A DNA stretch of 64,000 bases from Eledone cirrhosa (taxonomy: Eukaryota): positions 263,128,001 to 263,192,000 of the forward strand of contig OZ024742.1 in NCBI GenBank assembly GCA_964016885.1. The letters are read 5' to 3'. Positions 28,185 to 43,096 of the stretch are shown one piece after another; the stretch's first letter is position 1, and every line of letters begins with the position of its first letter. A program made the position numbers and the translations under genes. The notes beneath the pieces are model-generated. The model was not told the origin of the DNA. It searched no databases and worked only from the letters and a program-made list of their open reading frames with translations.

Positions 28185-29658
28185 CTCAAGGAGGGCAAGG
28201 CTCATGGAGAAGATGGAGTGGCATCAGAGGTGATGAAGAGGTGTGATTTTGATGATATCATCCTGGGGTTCTGTAACGGGGCACTGGAGAAAAGAGTTGC
28301 CCCGAATCAGTGGAGGATCAGTAACATCGTCCCAGTGCCAAAGAAGGGAGATCTCTCTAACACCAACAACTACCGGGGGATCTCACTGGCGTCACTTGTG
28401 GCAAAGACCCTCAACGGGATGATTCTTAACAGGATCCAGCCTGAGATGGAGAAGAAGCTCAGGGACAACCAGAACGGCTTCAGAGAGGGTAGATCAACCA
28501 CTAGTCACATCCTGATGCTGAGGAGGATATTAGAGGGAGCTAGAGCAAAGTGCCTTCCTGCGGTCATGGTTTTCATTGACTTTAGGAAGGCCTTTGATTC
28601 TGTGGACCGTTACTGCCTGATGAAGATCTTACAGGCTTATGGAATCCCCAAGAGGATAGTGGACCTGATATCACTGCTCTACACCAACACCAAAGCCCAA
28701 GTCATTACACCTGATGGGATGACAGAGTTCTTTGAGATACTGGCTGGAGTGCTCCAGGGAGATACATTGGCTCCCTATCTTTTTGTCATCGTAGTGGACT
28801 ATTGTATGCGCCTTGCACTGGGGAAACACCAGGACTCTGGCTTTACTGTAGCACCGGCTCAGAGCAGGAGAGTTAGGGCGAAAAAGGTATCGGATGCTGA
28901 ATTTGCCGACGACATAGTTTTGGTGACAAATACAGTGAAGGAGGCAGAGGATTTGATGCGGGAGGTTGAGACTGTGTCGATGAGTGTGGGGCTGAGAATG
29001 AATGAGACTAAAACAAAATATCTGGTAGAGAATGTTGAGAAGCCAGAGGGGATCACTAATGTAGGCGGGAAGCCGCTGGAATTGGTTGAGGACTTCCTGT
29101 ATTTGGGAGCAAGGATTGGGAATACGGAGGATGATGTGGTTGAGAGGAAGAGCAAGGCCTGGGCGGCGTGCCACAGCTTGAGATCGGTGTGGAAGTCGGA
29201 CCTTCGTAGAGACCTGAAAATCCGCCTCTTCATTGCTGTAGTGGAGTCTGTGCTGCTGTATGGGTCTGAGACTTGGACACTGACCAAGAAACTCACTCAG
29301 ATGGTGGATGGGTGCTACACGAGAATGCTGAGGATGGCTCTGAACATTAATCAGTATACACTGAGGATGAAAAACTCAGAGCTGTATGGGAGCATCCCAA
29401 AAGTCAGCTCAAAAGTGACACAGAGGAGACTGAGGTTGGCTGGACATGCTCACCGACATCCAGAGTTGACATTGCACTCAGTGCTCCTTTGGGAGCCCCT
29501 ACATGGACAGACTAGAAGAGGAAGACCAAGGTTAACGTATGTTGATGCCCTAAGGACAGACACTGGTCTGTTGGAGATGCAGGACATGGCAGCGATAATG
29601 AGGGACAGAGACCGCTGGAGAGAACTCGTCCATGGATCTCGGGAATTTTACCCGCCTT

Positions 29659-29660
<2 letters not shown>
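28185..29660 (+). mobile_element. 5'-truncated RTE-clade LINE with an intact RT frame (ORF 28218-29660)
   Basis: [55 protein letters not shown]. Confidence 0.93.
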
Positions 29661-30747
<1,087 letters not shown>

Positions 30748-30774
30748 TTTATAGATATATATAGGTATACATAT

Positions 30775-31960
30775 TTTTTTTTTATAAGTACAAAATGTAG
30801 ACACCATCTCCAAGCCGAGGTATTCCGTACTTCTCTGTACTGTTTCAGAAAGGAGGGATTAACATTCCAATCTATGTTTAGAATCCGGAGCAACGCCGGG
30901 CCATTCTGCTCGTATATATATCTAAAACAGAGAATGTATGTCTGTCTGTCCCCCTAAAACTCGAGAACTATCCAATCGATCTTTTTCAAACTTTACACAT
31001 GTAATACTTATGGTTGTGTGAGTGTTTTGAGCAAAAAATATTTCAAGTTTTCAATGTCCTAGGGACCGCATTAGGCGAAAAACCGCATATTTTAGGCTTT
31101 AAAGGCTCTTTTGAGGCATAACGGAACAATAATCCAGGCGATTTCTTCAAAATTTGCGTTACTTATGTCGTTTAAAGTATTTTGAGCAAAAAAGATTTTC
31201 TCATTTTTTGCCCCATTGACCGCATTAGGCGAAAAACTGATTTTTTGAAGCATTTTGGTTGCGTTAGGGCCTGTAACTCAAGAAGTACCCAACCGATTTT
31301 TTTAAAACTTTGCATATGCATTACTTATGTTTCACAAATTTTCTTGACTAAAAATGATTTCAAATTTTTGCCCGGTGACAACATTGTTTAGCATTTTGGT
31401 TGCGTTAGGGCCTGTAACCTTAAAAGTATCCAACTAAATTCATTCATGCTCTCCCCACTGCAGTCCCACATGCTTACTGCTCTGTAACTATTGATTTCAT
31501 TGTACCATAGCACAATAAATACATGTTCGGTTTGTCGAATGCCTTTTTACTTAACCCTATCATCTTGGCTTTCGTGGGTTGAACATTTTACTCTCAGGCA
31601 CCCAATTAAGTTAAACCCCTGGTAATCTACGACGAATTTTTTTTATAAGCACAACATGTAGATACCATCCCGAGGCCGAGGTATTCCGTACTTCTCTGTA
31701 CTGTTTCAGAAAGGAGGGATAAACATGCCAATCTATGTTTAGAATCCCGAGCAACGCCGGACCATTCTGCTAGTATATGTAAAAACAGAGGATGTCTGTT
31801 TGTCTGCCTGTCTGTGTAAATCGCTAAAACTCGAGAAGTACCCGACCGATTTTTTTCAAACTTTACACATGCGTTACTTATATTTCTTGAAGTGCAATGG
31901 GCTAAACATATTTCAAGTTTTCAATTCCCTAGGGACAGCATTAGGCGAAAACCGCGAAGT
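30775..31960 (+). mobile_element. Tandem non-autonomous Helitron-like array, unit ~861 bp
   Basis: 3' hairpin CCCGAGCAACGCCGG followed by CTAG (31770-31773; CTCG at 30909-30912), then directly a new 5' end with (TGTC)n. Confidence 0.7.
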
Positions 31961-32340
31961 GAAAACAACAGGTGCGTGTGTTTGTATTGGCAACATGACC
32001 CTCCCAAAGTATAACAATATCTATTTCAACAAACATTTTCAGATAAGAAATCTCGCAAAACAAATTCAAAAACTAATTATATACATGTGTGTGTGTGTGT
32101 GTGCACATATCTATATATATACAAATATATATATATATATATGTGTGTGTGTGTACACACATATCTATATATTTATACACACATATATATATATATACAT
32201 ATATATATATGTGTGTACAGACACACAAACATATATATATATACATATACATACGTGTATATATATATATACACACATACGCCAATATATATATATATAT
32301 ATATATGCATACGTGTATATGTATATATATATATATATAT

Positions 32341-32566
32341 ATGATGGTTGCCCCCTCGTTATCGAGTATGGCCATTGCACGATATACCATTATTAATAAT
32401 TATTAATTAATGCTATCGTGCAATGCCTGTGCGTGAAGATGTTTTTTTAAAGCGAGGAAAGACTGTGCACTGAGCCAATCCCATTCTCTGGGCGACAGTA
32501 GCTATAACCCGAAAAGAAGAAAAGATCAACATAATCGGTAACTACTGAGCTGCTTATGTCGGAGTT
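32341..32566 (-). mobile_element. RTE-derived non-autonomous repeat, 3' part (also 34482-34625 minus; 33240-33398 plus)
   Basis: Copies match one another; 3' end ACTCGATAACGAGGGGGCA.CC.TCAT resembles the 40470-42248 units. Confidence 0.6.
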
Positions 32567-32578
32567 ATATATATATAT

Positions 32579-32735
32579 AACGCACCAAAGTACTCAATAC
32601 TTAGGGTAGTAGAGTGGGTAATAGGAACGTGTAGGACCCCGACGGCTGAGCTCAAGCCGTTTCGGCGGCTAATTCTGGACTCAGAATTAGCCGTCGAAAC
32701 GGCTTGAGCTCAGCCGTCGGGGTCATACTCGTTCC
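32579..32735. mobile_element. PLE-like 3' terminus folded back at HHR stem II (palindrome 32624-32735)
   Basis: The HHR 3' half GAAACGGCTTGAGCTCAGCCGTCGGGGTC occurs on both strands; CUGANGA is absent. Confidence 0.75.
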
Positions 32736-32760
32736 ATATATATATATATATATATATATA

Positions 32761-33164
32761 TACAGTATTTTCCGTTGTGTTGTAATATAAATATTACACA
32801 CAGTAGATTATCAGCTCACGTAGAGTTTGCTCGACGGTTCCAGTTGTAGTTCCAAAAGTAATCCGGAGAAAAATAGAAAGATTTGAATGGATACAGTTTA
32901 GTTGAAAGGAATTTATTGACACGTGTTTCTATAACAGTTACATAACCTAAAACAGCTATCTACAAACTTTTAGTTATGCAGACATTCAATATTTCAATGT
33001 TATTATTTACTGTCATTTCTGATGAAATGACAGTAAATAATAACATTGAAATATTGAATGTCTGCATAACTAAAAGTTTGTAGATAGCTGTTTTAGGTTA
33101 TGTAACTGTTATAGAAACACGTGTCAATAAATTCCTTTCAACTAAACTGTATCCATTCAAATCT

Positions 33165-33170
<6 letters not shown>
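32761..33170. mobile_element. PLE-like 3' end with a 147-bp-arm foldback centred on the HHR core
   Basis: Palindrome 32873-33170 with loop TGAT; CTGATGA 33019-33025, 88-nt stem II, GAAA-CACGTG-TC-AATAAA 33114-33131. Confidence 0.8.
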
Positions 33171-33209
<39 letters not shown>

Positions 33210-33435
33210 TGTATGCCTGTGAATGTATATGCGTGGGGACATAGAAACAATCTGGTTGGATTTTCGATCGCGCAGTTAAACCACTGGTCGTGAAGGACCC
33301 CTAGCCTTTGTCAGGGCATTCTTCTAGGAGAAGGCAACTCAGAAAGCTGGGATAACTCCGACATAAGTAGCTCAGTAGTTACTGATGATGTTGATCCCAA
33401 AATTTGTAAATATTTATATACATGTATATAAATAT

Positions 33436-33625
33436 TTACACATTTTTGGATGGCCGTTGAATCTTATAAGTTCTTCCGCCCTTTGTCAGGTTTTGTTTTT
33501 TGTCCTGCATGGTGTCCGAAATCACCCTCCTCACCAAGTAAACTCGGTGGGGTTGCCGGTTTAGTCGCCGACGACTCGACCAAGCGACAGATTGTACTGG
33601 GTTACATGTTACCAGTAGCACTCAA
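33436..33625 (-). mobile_element. 5' part of the RTE-derived repeat seen at 41162-41757
   Basis: Reverse complement matches 41165-41345. Confidence 0.7.
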
Positions 33626-33798
33626 GAGTGACTCGACACAATATATATATATACACATACATATGTATATGTGTATATATTTATACATACATACGTATAT
33701 ATATATTTATACTCACACACATACATATACACGCACACACACACGCATATACACGCTCACACACACATTATATATATATATATACATATATATATATA

Positions 33799-34141
33799 CA
33801 GTTGTCTCTCGGTGTTCGCGGGGGTTACGTTCCTAGAGCACGCTCGAAGAGCGGGAAACCGCGAATATTGGACGTGGTTCATAAAAATGCCTATAAACGT
33901 CAAAAACATAACGTAAAATATAGGCCGGCAAATACGGTATATAGTTATTAATAATTTGGCGTTAAAAAGCGTGAAAAAATATATATTACCACGAAAAAAA
34001 CATTAAAATATCACGGAAAATATTTACGATTCCGCGAATATGCGATGGTTTCCACGAAGAATTATTAATTAGGTTCTAAGGAAAATTCAGCGGATAACCG
34101 GTGCTGCGAATGCCGAGACCGCGTATGCCAGGGGTACACTG
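33799..34141. mobile_element. Tigger/pogo-like MITE
   Basis: TA-CAGTTGTCTCTCGGTGTTCGCGG ... CCGCGTATGCCAGGGGTACACTG imperfect TIRs. Confidence 0.65.
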
Positions 34142-35329
34142 CATATATAATATATAATGTAGTATGGTGTTAAACGTTCAGTGATATAGTCGGTCGGCTG
34201 TGATGCAGCGGCAAATGAAGCGCTCAACGACATTTATAAAGGATATATGCTGGACCATTATAGAGTATCAAATACATCGAAATCCATATGCAGCAGTATT
34301 CAGGTTTATTTTATATATATGCATATACACATATATGTGCATATACACATATATGTGTATACACACTTATATGTGTATACACACGCACACACACGCACAC
34401 GCACATACATACATACATACATACATACATACATACATACATACATACATACATACATACATACATACATACATACATACATGATGATGGCTGCCCCCTC
34501 GTTATCGAGTATGGCCATTGCACGATATACTATTATTAATAATTATTAATTAATTCTATCGTGCAATGCCTGTGCGTGAAGATTTTTTTTAAAGTGAGGA
34601 AAGATTGTGCACTGAGCCAGTCCCACATACATACATACATACATACATACATACATACATACATACATACATACATACATACATACATACATACATACAT
34701 ACATACATACATCAGTCAATGCGACCAGTCGCTCATATTAACTTGGGAGACTATTCATTAAATTTAAGATGAATATTATCTCCGACAGTAACGCTACAAC
34801 TACCAGTCGTGTCGAATAACTGGATATATCTCTAACTATATCCACTGATGACACCTTTTATTAAAATTCGTAGAGATATCCGACTAAATACTGAATTCAT
34901 TTTACAAGGATTTGCTACAAACAGCATGGGTGAACGCAACATCAACATCAACATTAATTTACCGAAGACAAACAAGAGAAATGTAAATAAAAGGTACATC
35001 CATACCTTCACACACAGATACGCATGCAGACGTATCTACCGAGTGGATGTTGTTTGAATTCCAATGAAAGAGTCCTGTGTCTGTTAGAAACCGACTCTCT
35101 CTCTCTCTATTGGTAAAAAATTATAAAATTATAAAACCAGAAGAACATACACACATACATGCATGCATACATACATATCCATACGTTCCTGTTCGCTATA
35201 TCAAAGTAGAGAATACTTGTTTAAGTTTGAAATAATAAATATGAGCCTCCGGCGAGACTCAATTTGAATATGCCGTACTCAACCTGTGTCTGACTTGGGC
35301 ATATCTAAGTCCGATAGACGATGCCCAAG

Positions 35330-37610
35330 TTCTCGGCCCTCCAATCCTCACGAAAGCTATACGAGAGTGCCTGAAGATCAAACAAGCTGATCTCTAGCAA
35401 TGGATGACGGAGAGTTTGCGCCTCATCGATGGGTACCCCACGCTTTCCCTTTTGATGAACTGTTTGGTCTTCTCCAAATCTCTTTCCTCATCGCGGTGCG
35501 CCTTATCACGAGGATTGCCTCAACGAACTCGACACCGCCATGGGCCATGTCAACTTTGCTGTTTATATGAGTGGCCCAGCTTATGTTGTTGTCCACAATT
35601 ACTCCCAAGGCTCTGATGTTGTTGGATGCCACGAGAGTTTCACCTTAAGGAAGGGAGTATGGGAGTTTCAGGGCATCCTCTTTTCCAAAGTGGATTAACT
35701 CAAATTTATCCTCGTTCAGCAGCATATTGTTCTTTTTCGGCCATTGGATAACAGCCAGTAGGTCTAATTGAGGGCATGTCCGGTCACCTACTTCATTGAC
35801 GACCTTCTGGAGCTTGGAATCATTTGCAAAGATTCTTATATTGCTGTGCTTGATGATGTCAGTAATGTCATTAATGTAGATGATGAAAAGAAGTGGGCCC
35901 AACACAGTGCCTTGCGGGACGCCACTGCTGACTTTGGCTGGGCTTGATTTTACTCCTTTGACTACATGTTGGGCTCTGTCTGTCAGGAAACACTTGATCC
36001 ACTACAGTAACCTTCCAGAGACACCAATACCGGATAGTTTTTTCAATAGTATCTTATAACCAACCCTGTCAAAGGCCTTGCTGATATCAAGGTAGAGGAC
36101 ATCAGTGTTGGAGTCCTCTCCTAAAGCTCTCAAAACATCGTCAAAGTGATGCAGGAGCTACGTTAGGCAGTCCCTTCCATTACGGAACCTATGTTGGTTG
36201 GAGTTCAGCAGTCTGTTCCTTTCAAGAAAGTGGGTTATTCGTGATCTCACCACCCTCTCAAATACCTTGATGATACGAGAGGTGAGTGAGATCGGGCGGT
36301 AGTTCACTGCAATGGAGTTGTTTCCCTTTTCGAAAACTGGGACAACAGACTGGGACAGAAAGTTTTCAGGAATATAGCCTGCATCCAGTGAGTTCCTCCT
36401 CAGATTAGCAAGAGGAGATGCAAGTTGGTGTCTACACACCTCCAGGACACAAGCAGGAAGCCTATCGGGGCCTACTGCTGAATTGTGTTTAATTTCGTTT
36501 ATTGCCGCTAAGACATCAGGGGCGCCAAACGTTATGTCCGATATAGTGTACTGGGGATTAACATCACTGACACAGCCCAGATCGGCCATATCAGGGTTGT
36601 TGAAATCGGCCATATCAGGATTGTTGAAATCGGCCATATCAGTATTGTTTCTGAAGTATCTCACCCATGGTTTTGGTATTATCTTGGAGTGTGCCATTTT
36701 CATCAATTAGATGGCCAACAACGGAGACAGTGACCTTATGTTTTTTCGCAAAGGAAAAGAACACTTTGGGGTTGAGTTTGATTTTCTCAATGGCCCATTT
36801 CTCCTCAGCTGTTCTTTGGTTATTGATGATGGTCTTCATGCATTATTGGAGGTTATATTTTTTTGATTCAAGCAGGGCGATAGCCATTGAATGTGTGTGT
36901 TGCTGTTGGCAGTATTTTAGTGTGTTAATTTTTTTGTTTGTACTTTTTATTTTTCTGATAATAGTTTTTTCTGTTTTGGGGGATACTGCACTTAGTTTTG
37001 TTCACAGGTCTTGGCGTGGTATGTTTTGTACATATATTTATGACAGTGTCTACAAAGATCTGCCAAGATGTTTTGATGTTGGTGGAGATGTGTGCGTGTG
37101 TAAAAGACCAGTCAGCATGTGATAGCTCGTTCATGATTGCATCCCAGTTGGCATTATAGAAATCCATGTTATCAAATGGGTGGGCTGGAGAGAGAGGTCA
37201 CTAGGATTAGCTTTCGGCTGGTGGAATCTCGGGTTACAAAGGCCTTTTCCACTGTAATATTATGTATAGTGATAGTGTGGTTATTAAACACTAGGTCCAA
37301 AATGTTCTTCTGATACCTTGTTGGTGCAAGGACAAGTTGGGACAAGAAAAACTCATTCATAAAGTCGAGAAGTGATTCAACTGCTTCTTTATCGGCGGTT
37401 GAGGTGGGAGTGCCTGGTTTCAAACTGTTTGTAGACCAATCAACACAGGGTAGATTAAAGTCTTCCATCATAAGTATATTACTAGAATGGCACTGTTGAA
37501 TAAAGCACTTAATGCTGTTGAGGCATTCTTTGAAGTGCCTTATAGGTGTGGAGTTGCGACCGATAGATAGTATTAGCAATTAGAAAGACCAATGGAAACA
37601 TAGTTTCCTC
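35330..37610 (-). pseudogene. Decayed CR1/L2-group LINE ORF2 (APE + RT)
   Basis: DFNLP, ILDLVF, KLNPKVFFSF, NYRPISLTS, LGPLLFIIYINDI, FANDSKL; many stops and frameshifts; 24-bp tandem repeat at 36581-36642. Confidence 0.88.
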
Positions 37611-37790
37611 TGTCCCATTTGACGAAAGTCGATCGACTGTCGATATATGTTTTCTTCTGTTTTTTTCTTCTTTTTCTCTTCTGTTTCTTTTTCTTTTTCT
37701 CTTCTGTTTATTTTCTTTTTCTGTCGTTCTCTTCACTATCGTCTCTTTTTTTTATTCTCTAATAACTATTCTTCTGAGTTATTAACGCAG

Positions 37791-37855
37791 TGTGGTGAGA
37801 TGTACTGTCTTTAATGCGACGAAACATCAGCGCCCCACAGCAGACAGCCAAAGAG
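37791..37855 (+). ncRNA. Non-circularly permuted hammerhead, family B (GAAA intact; core CCAAAGA)
   Basis: TGTGG-TGA-GATG-TA-CTGTCT-ttaatgcga-C-GAAA-CATC-agcgcc-CCACA-gc-AGACAG-CCAAAGA-G. Confidence 0.62.
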
Positions 37856-37976
37856 CGGGAATTGTCCTTAAGTTTGCGTTTCTCTTATGTTTTTCTAAAC
37901 AATATATATGTATGTGTGTATATGTATCTGTGTATATGAATAAATATATATATATGGTTTTCTGGAGTATAATATT

Positions 37977-38296
37977 CAATGATATTAAATAAATGGAAAC
38001 TATATTTATAAAACCATATTTTATTCTATTATATATATTTCAAGGGTACCAAATCTTTGGTACACTCTCATCAGATACGATACAAAGTTTGTTTTATAAA
38101 TATTGACATAACCAGGAAGATCTTAACTATCCAGGAAAAATTTTAACCGTTAAGATCTTCTTCCTGGTTATGTCAATATTTATAAAACTAACTTTGTATT
38201 TTACCTGATGAGGGCGTACCAAAGTTTTGGTACCCTTGAAATATATATAATAGAATAAATATGGTTTTATAAATATAGTTTCCATTTATTTAATAT

Positions 38297-38301
<5 letters not shown>
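37977..38301. mobile_element. PLE-like foldback with type I HHRs on both strands (38022-38082 minus, 38197-38257 plus)
   Basis: CTGATGA-GGGcGTACCAAA..TTTGGTACCCtt-GAAA-TATATA-TA; the arms are somewhat diverged. Confidence 0.8.
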
Positions 38302-38360
<59 letters not shown>

Positions 38361-38433
38361 GGAAATCAGTAAAATCGAATCTCTGGCGGTTTGCAAGTAA
38401 ATTCGGCCTACTTATATGAAATGATGAGTTAGC

Positions 38434-38486
<53 letters not shown>

Positions 38487-38512
38487 CTTATATATACGTA
38501 TATATATATATG

Positions 38513-38543
<31 letters not shown>

Positions 38544-38598
38544 GTATATATATATATGTATATATATATGTATATATATATATGTATATATATATATG

Positions 38599-38691
<93 letters not shown>

Positions 38692-38748
38692 GTATATATA
38701 TATATATGTATATATATATGTATATATATATATATGTATATATATATG

Positions 38749-38783
<35 letters not shown>

Positions 38784-38829
38784 GTATATATATATATGTA
38801 TATGTATATATATGTATATATGTATAACT

Positions 38830-39825
38830 TTGAATAACTTTGAAGTGTTTTGGCCAGTATTGGCCCAGGCCATGTCTAACTTAATAGCACCACCTGGCGA
38901 AGTCTTTCAATTCAGGATTTGGGCACCATGGCCCATTCGAGAAGAGAATTACTGTTTGCGGAGACATATCCGGGTGTGGGTGGTTTGTCCGGGATTACTT
39001 GGAGGAATTTGTCCAAAGACTTCTTGAATTTTGTGTGGTCAGTTTCTGTTTTGACGTGTCCTGGTGTGATGTTGAAGAGAGCAGGGCCGATTGAGGTGAA
39101 ATAATTGTGCCGTATTGTTGTTATGAGTTGCGATTTAGATTTTTGAATGGGACGGATAGCACGGGGCCCAAGCCTTGGGTGTATCTTGAAGGCGATGCCA
39201 ACATCATTTGGGCAGTGATGATGGAACATTTTCCACATCATGCAGATAATATAACGCTCACGGCGACGTTGGAGTGAGTAAAGTTTCAGGTTTTCTAATC
39301 GACCCCAGTAGTCAAGGTCTGACATGCCATCTATCTTTTTCGTGATTGCCCTTTGAGGAGCTTCAAGTTTCATGATACTTTGTTTCGTGTGGGGAGACCA
39401 CAGTGGACAACAGTATTCAAGGTGTGGTCGGGCGAAAGTAGAGAAGAGAAGGATAATGGTGCGGGAATCTCTCGACTGGAAGGTTCTGAGGATCCAGGAA
39501 CACATTCTGCGGGCCATGTCAACTTTGCTGCTTATATGCGTGGTCCAGCTTATGTTGCTGTCCACGGTTACTCCCAAGTCTCTGATGTTGTTAGATGCCA
39601 CGAGAGTTTCCCCGGAGGGAAGGGAGTACGGCAGTTTCAGAGCATCCTCTTTTCCAAAGTGGATCAGTTCGAATTTGTCTTCGTTCAGTAACATGTTGTT
39701 CTTTTCTGCCCATTGGGTAACAGCCAGTAGGTCTGACTGAGGGCTTATCCGGTCATCCACGCCATTGATGACCTTTTGGAGCTTGGAATCATCAGCGAAA
39801 ATTTTAATGTTGCTGTGTTTGATGA
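38830..39825 (-). mobile_element. 5'-truncated CR1/L2-group LINE 3' end, open frame 38912-39825
   Basis: [45 protein letters not shown]. Confidence 0.9.
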
Positions 39826-39877
39826 TGTATATATATGTATATATATGTATATATATATATATGTATATATGTATATG

Positions 39878-39911
<34 letters not shown>

Positions 39912-40287
39912 TATATGAATATATATATATGTATATATATGTATATATATGTATATATATATATGTATATATATATATGTGTATATATATATGTATATAT
40001 ATATGTATATATATATATGTATATATATGTATATATATATATGTATATATATATATATGTATATATATGTATATATATATATGTATATATATATATGTAT
40101 ATATATATATATGTATATATATATATGTATATGTATATATATATGTATATATATGTATATATATATATGTATTTATATATATGTATATATATGTATATAT
40201 ATATATATGTATATATATATATGTATATGTATATATATGTATATATATGTATATATATGTATATATATGTATATATATATATGTATA

Positions 40288-40362
<75 letters not shown>

Positions 40363-40363
40363 G

Positions 40364-40396
<33 letters not shown>

Positions 40397-40469
40397 GTAT
40401 ATATATATATATGTATATATGTATATATATATATATATGTATGTATATATATATGTATATATATATATA

Positions 40470-42246
40470 CATCTCATGGTCGGGTCGTTGGCGACTAAAC
40501 TGGCAACCCCACCAAGGTTTCTTGGTGAGGAGGGTGACTTTGGACATCCTGCAGGACTAAAAACAAAACCTGTCAAAGGGCAAAGGAGCTCTTAAGAGTC
40601 AATGGCCATCCAAAATCACCGGGAGAGATGACCCCTTAGCCTTTGTCAAGGCAGAATTCTAGGAGAAGGAAAACTCTGATATAACACCTGCAACCCTGAT
40701 TGTATCCAATGATGTTGACTTGTTCTTCTTTTTGGTAAATATCATCTTGGTTAAGAGAGTGGGACTGGCTTTGTGCAGTGCCTTTGCTCACTATAAAAGC
40801 TTCACGGCACAGGCATTGCTTTATATCTGGAGATCTCTCTGCACTTGTCGTCACATGGTACCATGGGCCCAACACTATGTGTCAATAATTGTCACAAGTG
40901 TAGTCTTTGTACCAGAGTTTTCAAGTCGCTGGCTGGACTAAAAAGTCACTCGTTCAGCGCATCAGTAGGGGTTCTCCTACATGGATATAAAGTAGTGGCC
41001 GTACTCGAAGACGAGTTGGCAGCCGCCATATATATGTATGTATGTATGTATGTGTATTTATATATGTATGTTTGTATATGTATGTATGTATGTGTATATA
41101 TATATGTATGTATGTATGTATGTATATGTGGTGCTACTGGTATGTATGTATGTATGTATATATGGTGCTACTGGTAGCATGTATCCCAGTACAACCTGTC
41201 ACATGGTCGGGTCGTTGGCGACTAAACTGGCAACCCCACCAAGGTTTCTTAGTGAGGAGGGTGACTTTGGACATCCTGCAGGACTAAAAACAAAACCTGT
41301 CAAAGGGCAAAGGAGCTCTTAAGAGTCAATGGCCATCCAAAATCACTGGGAGAGATGACCCCTTAGCCTTTGTCAAGGCAGAATTCTAGGAGAAGGAAAA
41401 CTCTGATATAACACCTGCAACCCTGATGGTATCCAATGATGTTGACTTGTTCTTCTTTTTGGTAAATATCATCTTGGTTAAGCGAGTGGGACTGGCTTTG
41501 TGCAGTGCCTTTGCTCACTATAAAAGCTTCACGGCACAGGCATTGCTTTATATCTGGAGATCTCTCTGCACTTGTCGTCACATGGTACCATGGGCCCAGC
41601 ACTATGTGTCAATGATTGTCACAGGTGTAGTGTTTGCACCAGAGTTTTCAAGTCGCTGGCTGGACTAAAAAGTCACACTCGTTCAGCGCATCGGTAGGGT
41701 TCTCCTACATGGATATAAAGTAGTGGCCGTACTCGAAGACGAGTTGGCAGCCACCATGTATATATATATGTATGTATATGTGTATGTATGTATATATATG
41801 TGTATGTATGTATGTATATGTATGTATATGTATCACCGGGAGAGATGACCCCTTAGCCTTTGTCAAGGCAGAATTCTAGGAGAAGGAAAACTCTGATATA
41901 ACACCTGCAACCCTGATGGTATCCAATGATGTTGACTTGTTCTTCTTTTTGGTAAATATCATCTTGGTTAAGAGAGTGGGACTGGCTTTGTGCAGTGCCT
42001 TTGCTCACTATAAAAGCTTCACGGCACAGGCATTGCTTTATATCTGGAGATCTCTCTGCACTTGTCGTCACATGGTACCATGGGCCCAGCACTGTGTGTC
42101 AATCATTGTCACAGGTGTAGTGTTTGTACTAGAGTTTTCAAGTCGCTGGCTGGACTGAAAAGTCACACTCGTTCAGCGCATCGGTAGGGGTTCTCCTACA
42201 TGGATATAGAGTAGTGGCCGTACTCGAAAACGAGTTGGCAGCCACC

Positions 42247-42248
<2 letters not shown>
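40470..42248 (+). mobile_element. Three tandem copies of a ~600 bp bipartite RTE-derived non-autonomous element (40470-41027, 41162-41757, 41832-42248)
   Basis: RTE-5'UTR-like CTAGGAGAAGGAAAACTCTGA joined to a C2H2 remnant [19 protein letters not shown]; (TATG)n tails. Confidence 0.75.
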
Positions 42249-42308
<60 letters not shown>

Positions 42309-42333
42309 GTATATATATATGTATATATATATG

Positions 42334-42364
<31 letters not shown>

Positions 42365-42365
42365 G

Positions 42366-42422
<57 letters not shown>

Positions 42423-42426
42423 GTAA

Positions 42427-42486
<60 letters not shown>

Positions 42487-42487
42487 G

Positions 42488-42790
<303 letters not shown>

Positions 42791-42901
42791 GTATATATAT
42801 ATATGTATATATACATATATCTACTATCCTAAATATTGAGTACTCTGGTCCGTTATGGTCCACCTGGTTCCTTACCACACTTCCTTCGTTATGTATATAC
42901 C

Positions 42902-42954
<53 letters not shown>

Positions 42955-43063
42955 GTGTGTATGTATATATATGTATGTATATATATGTATATATATGTAT
43001 GTATATATATGTATATATATGTATGTATATATATATGTATATATATATATATGTATATATATA

Positions 43064-43096
<33 letters not shown>

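Noticed and set aside
34808-34854. Hairpin followed by CTGATGA as a type II/III hammerhead
   Set aside because: No properly placed GAAA, stem III or UH site.
40470-42248. CRISPR-like repeat-spacer array
   Set aside because: The units are 400-600 bp retroelement derivatives separated by microsatellite tails, in a eukaryotic context.
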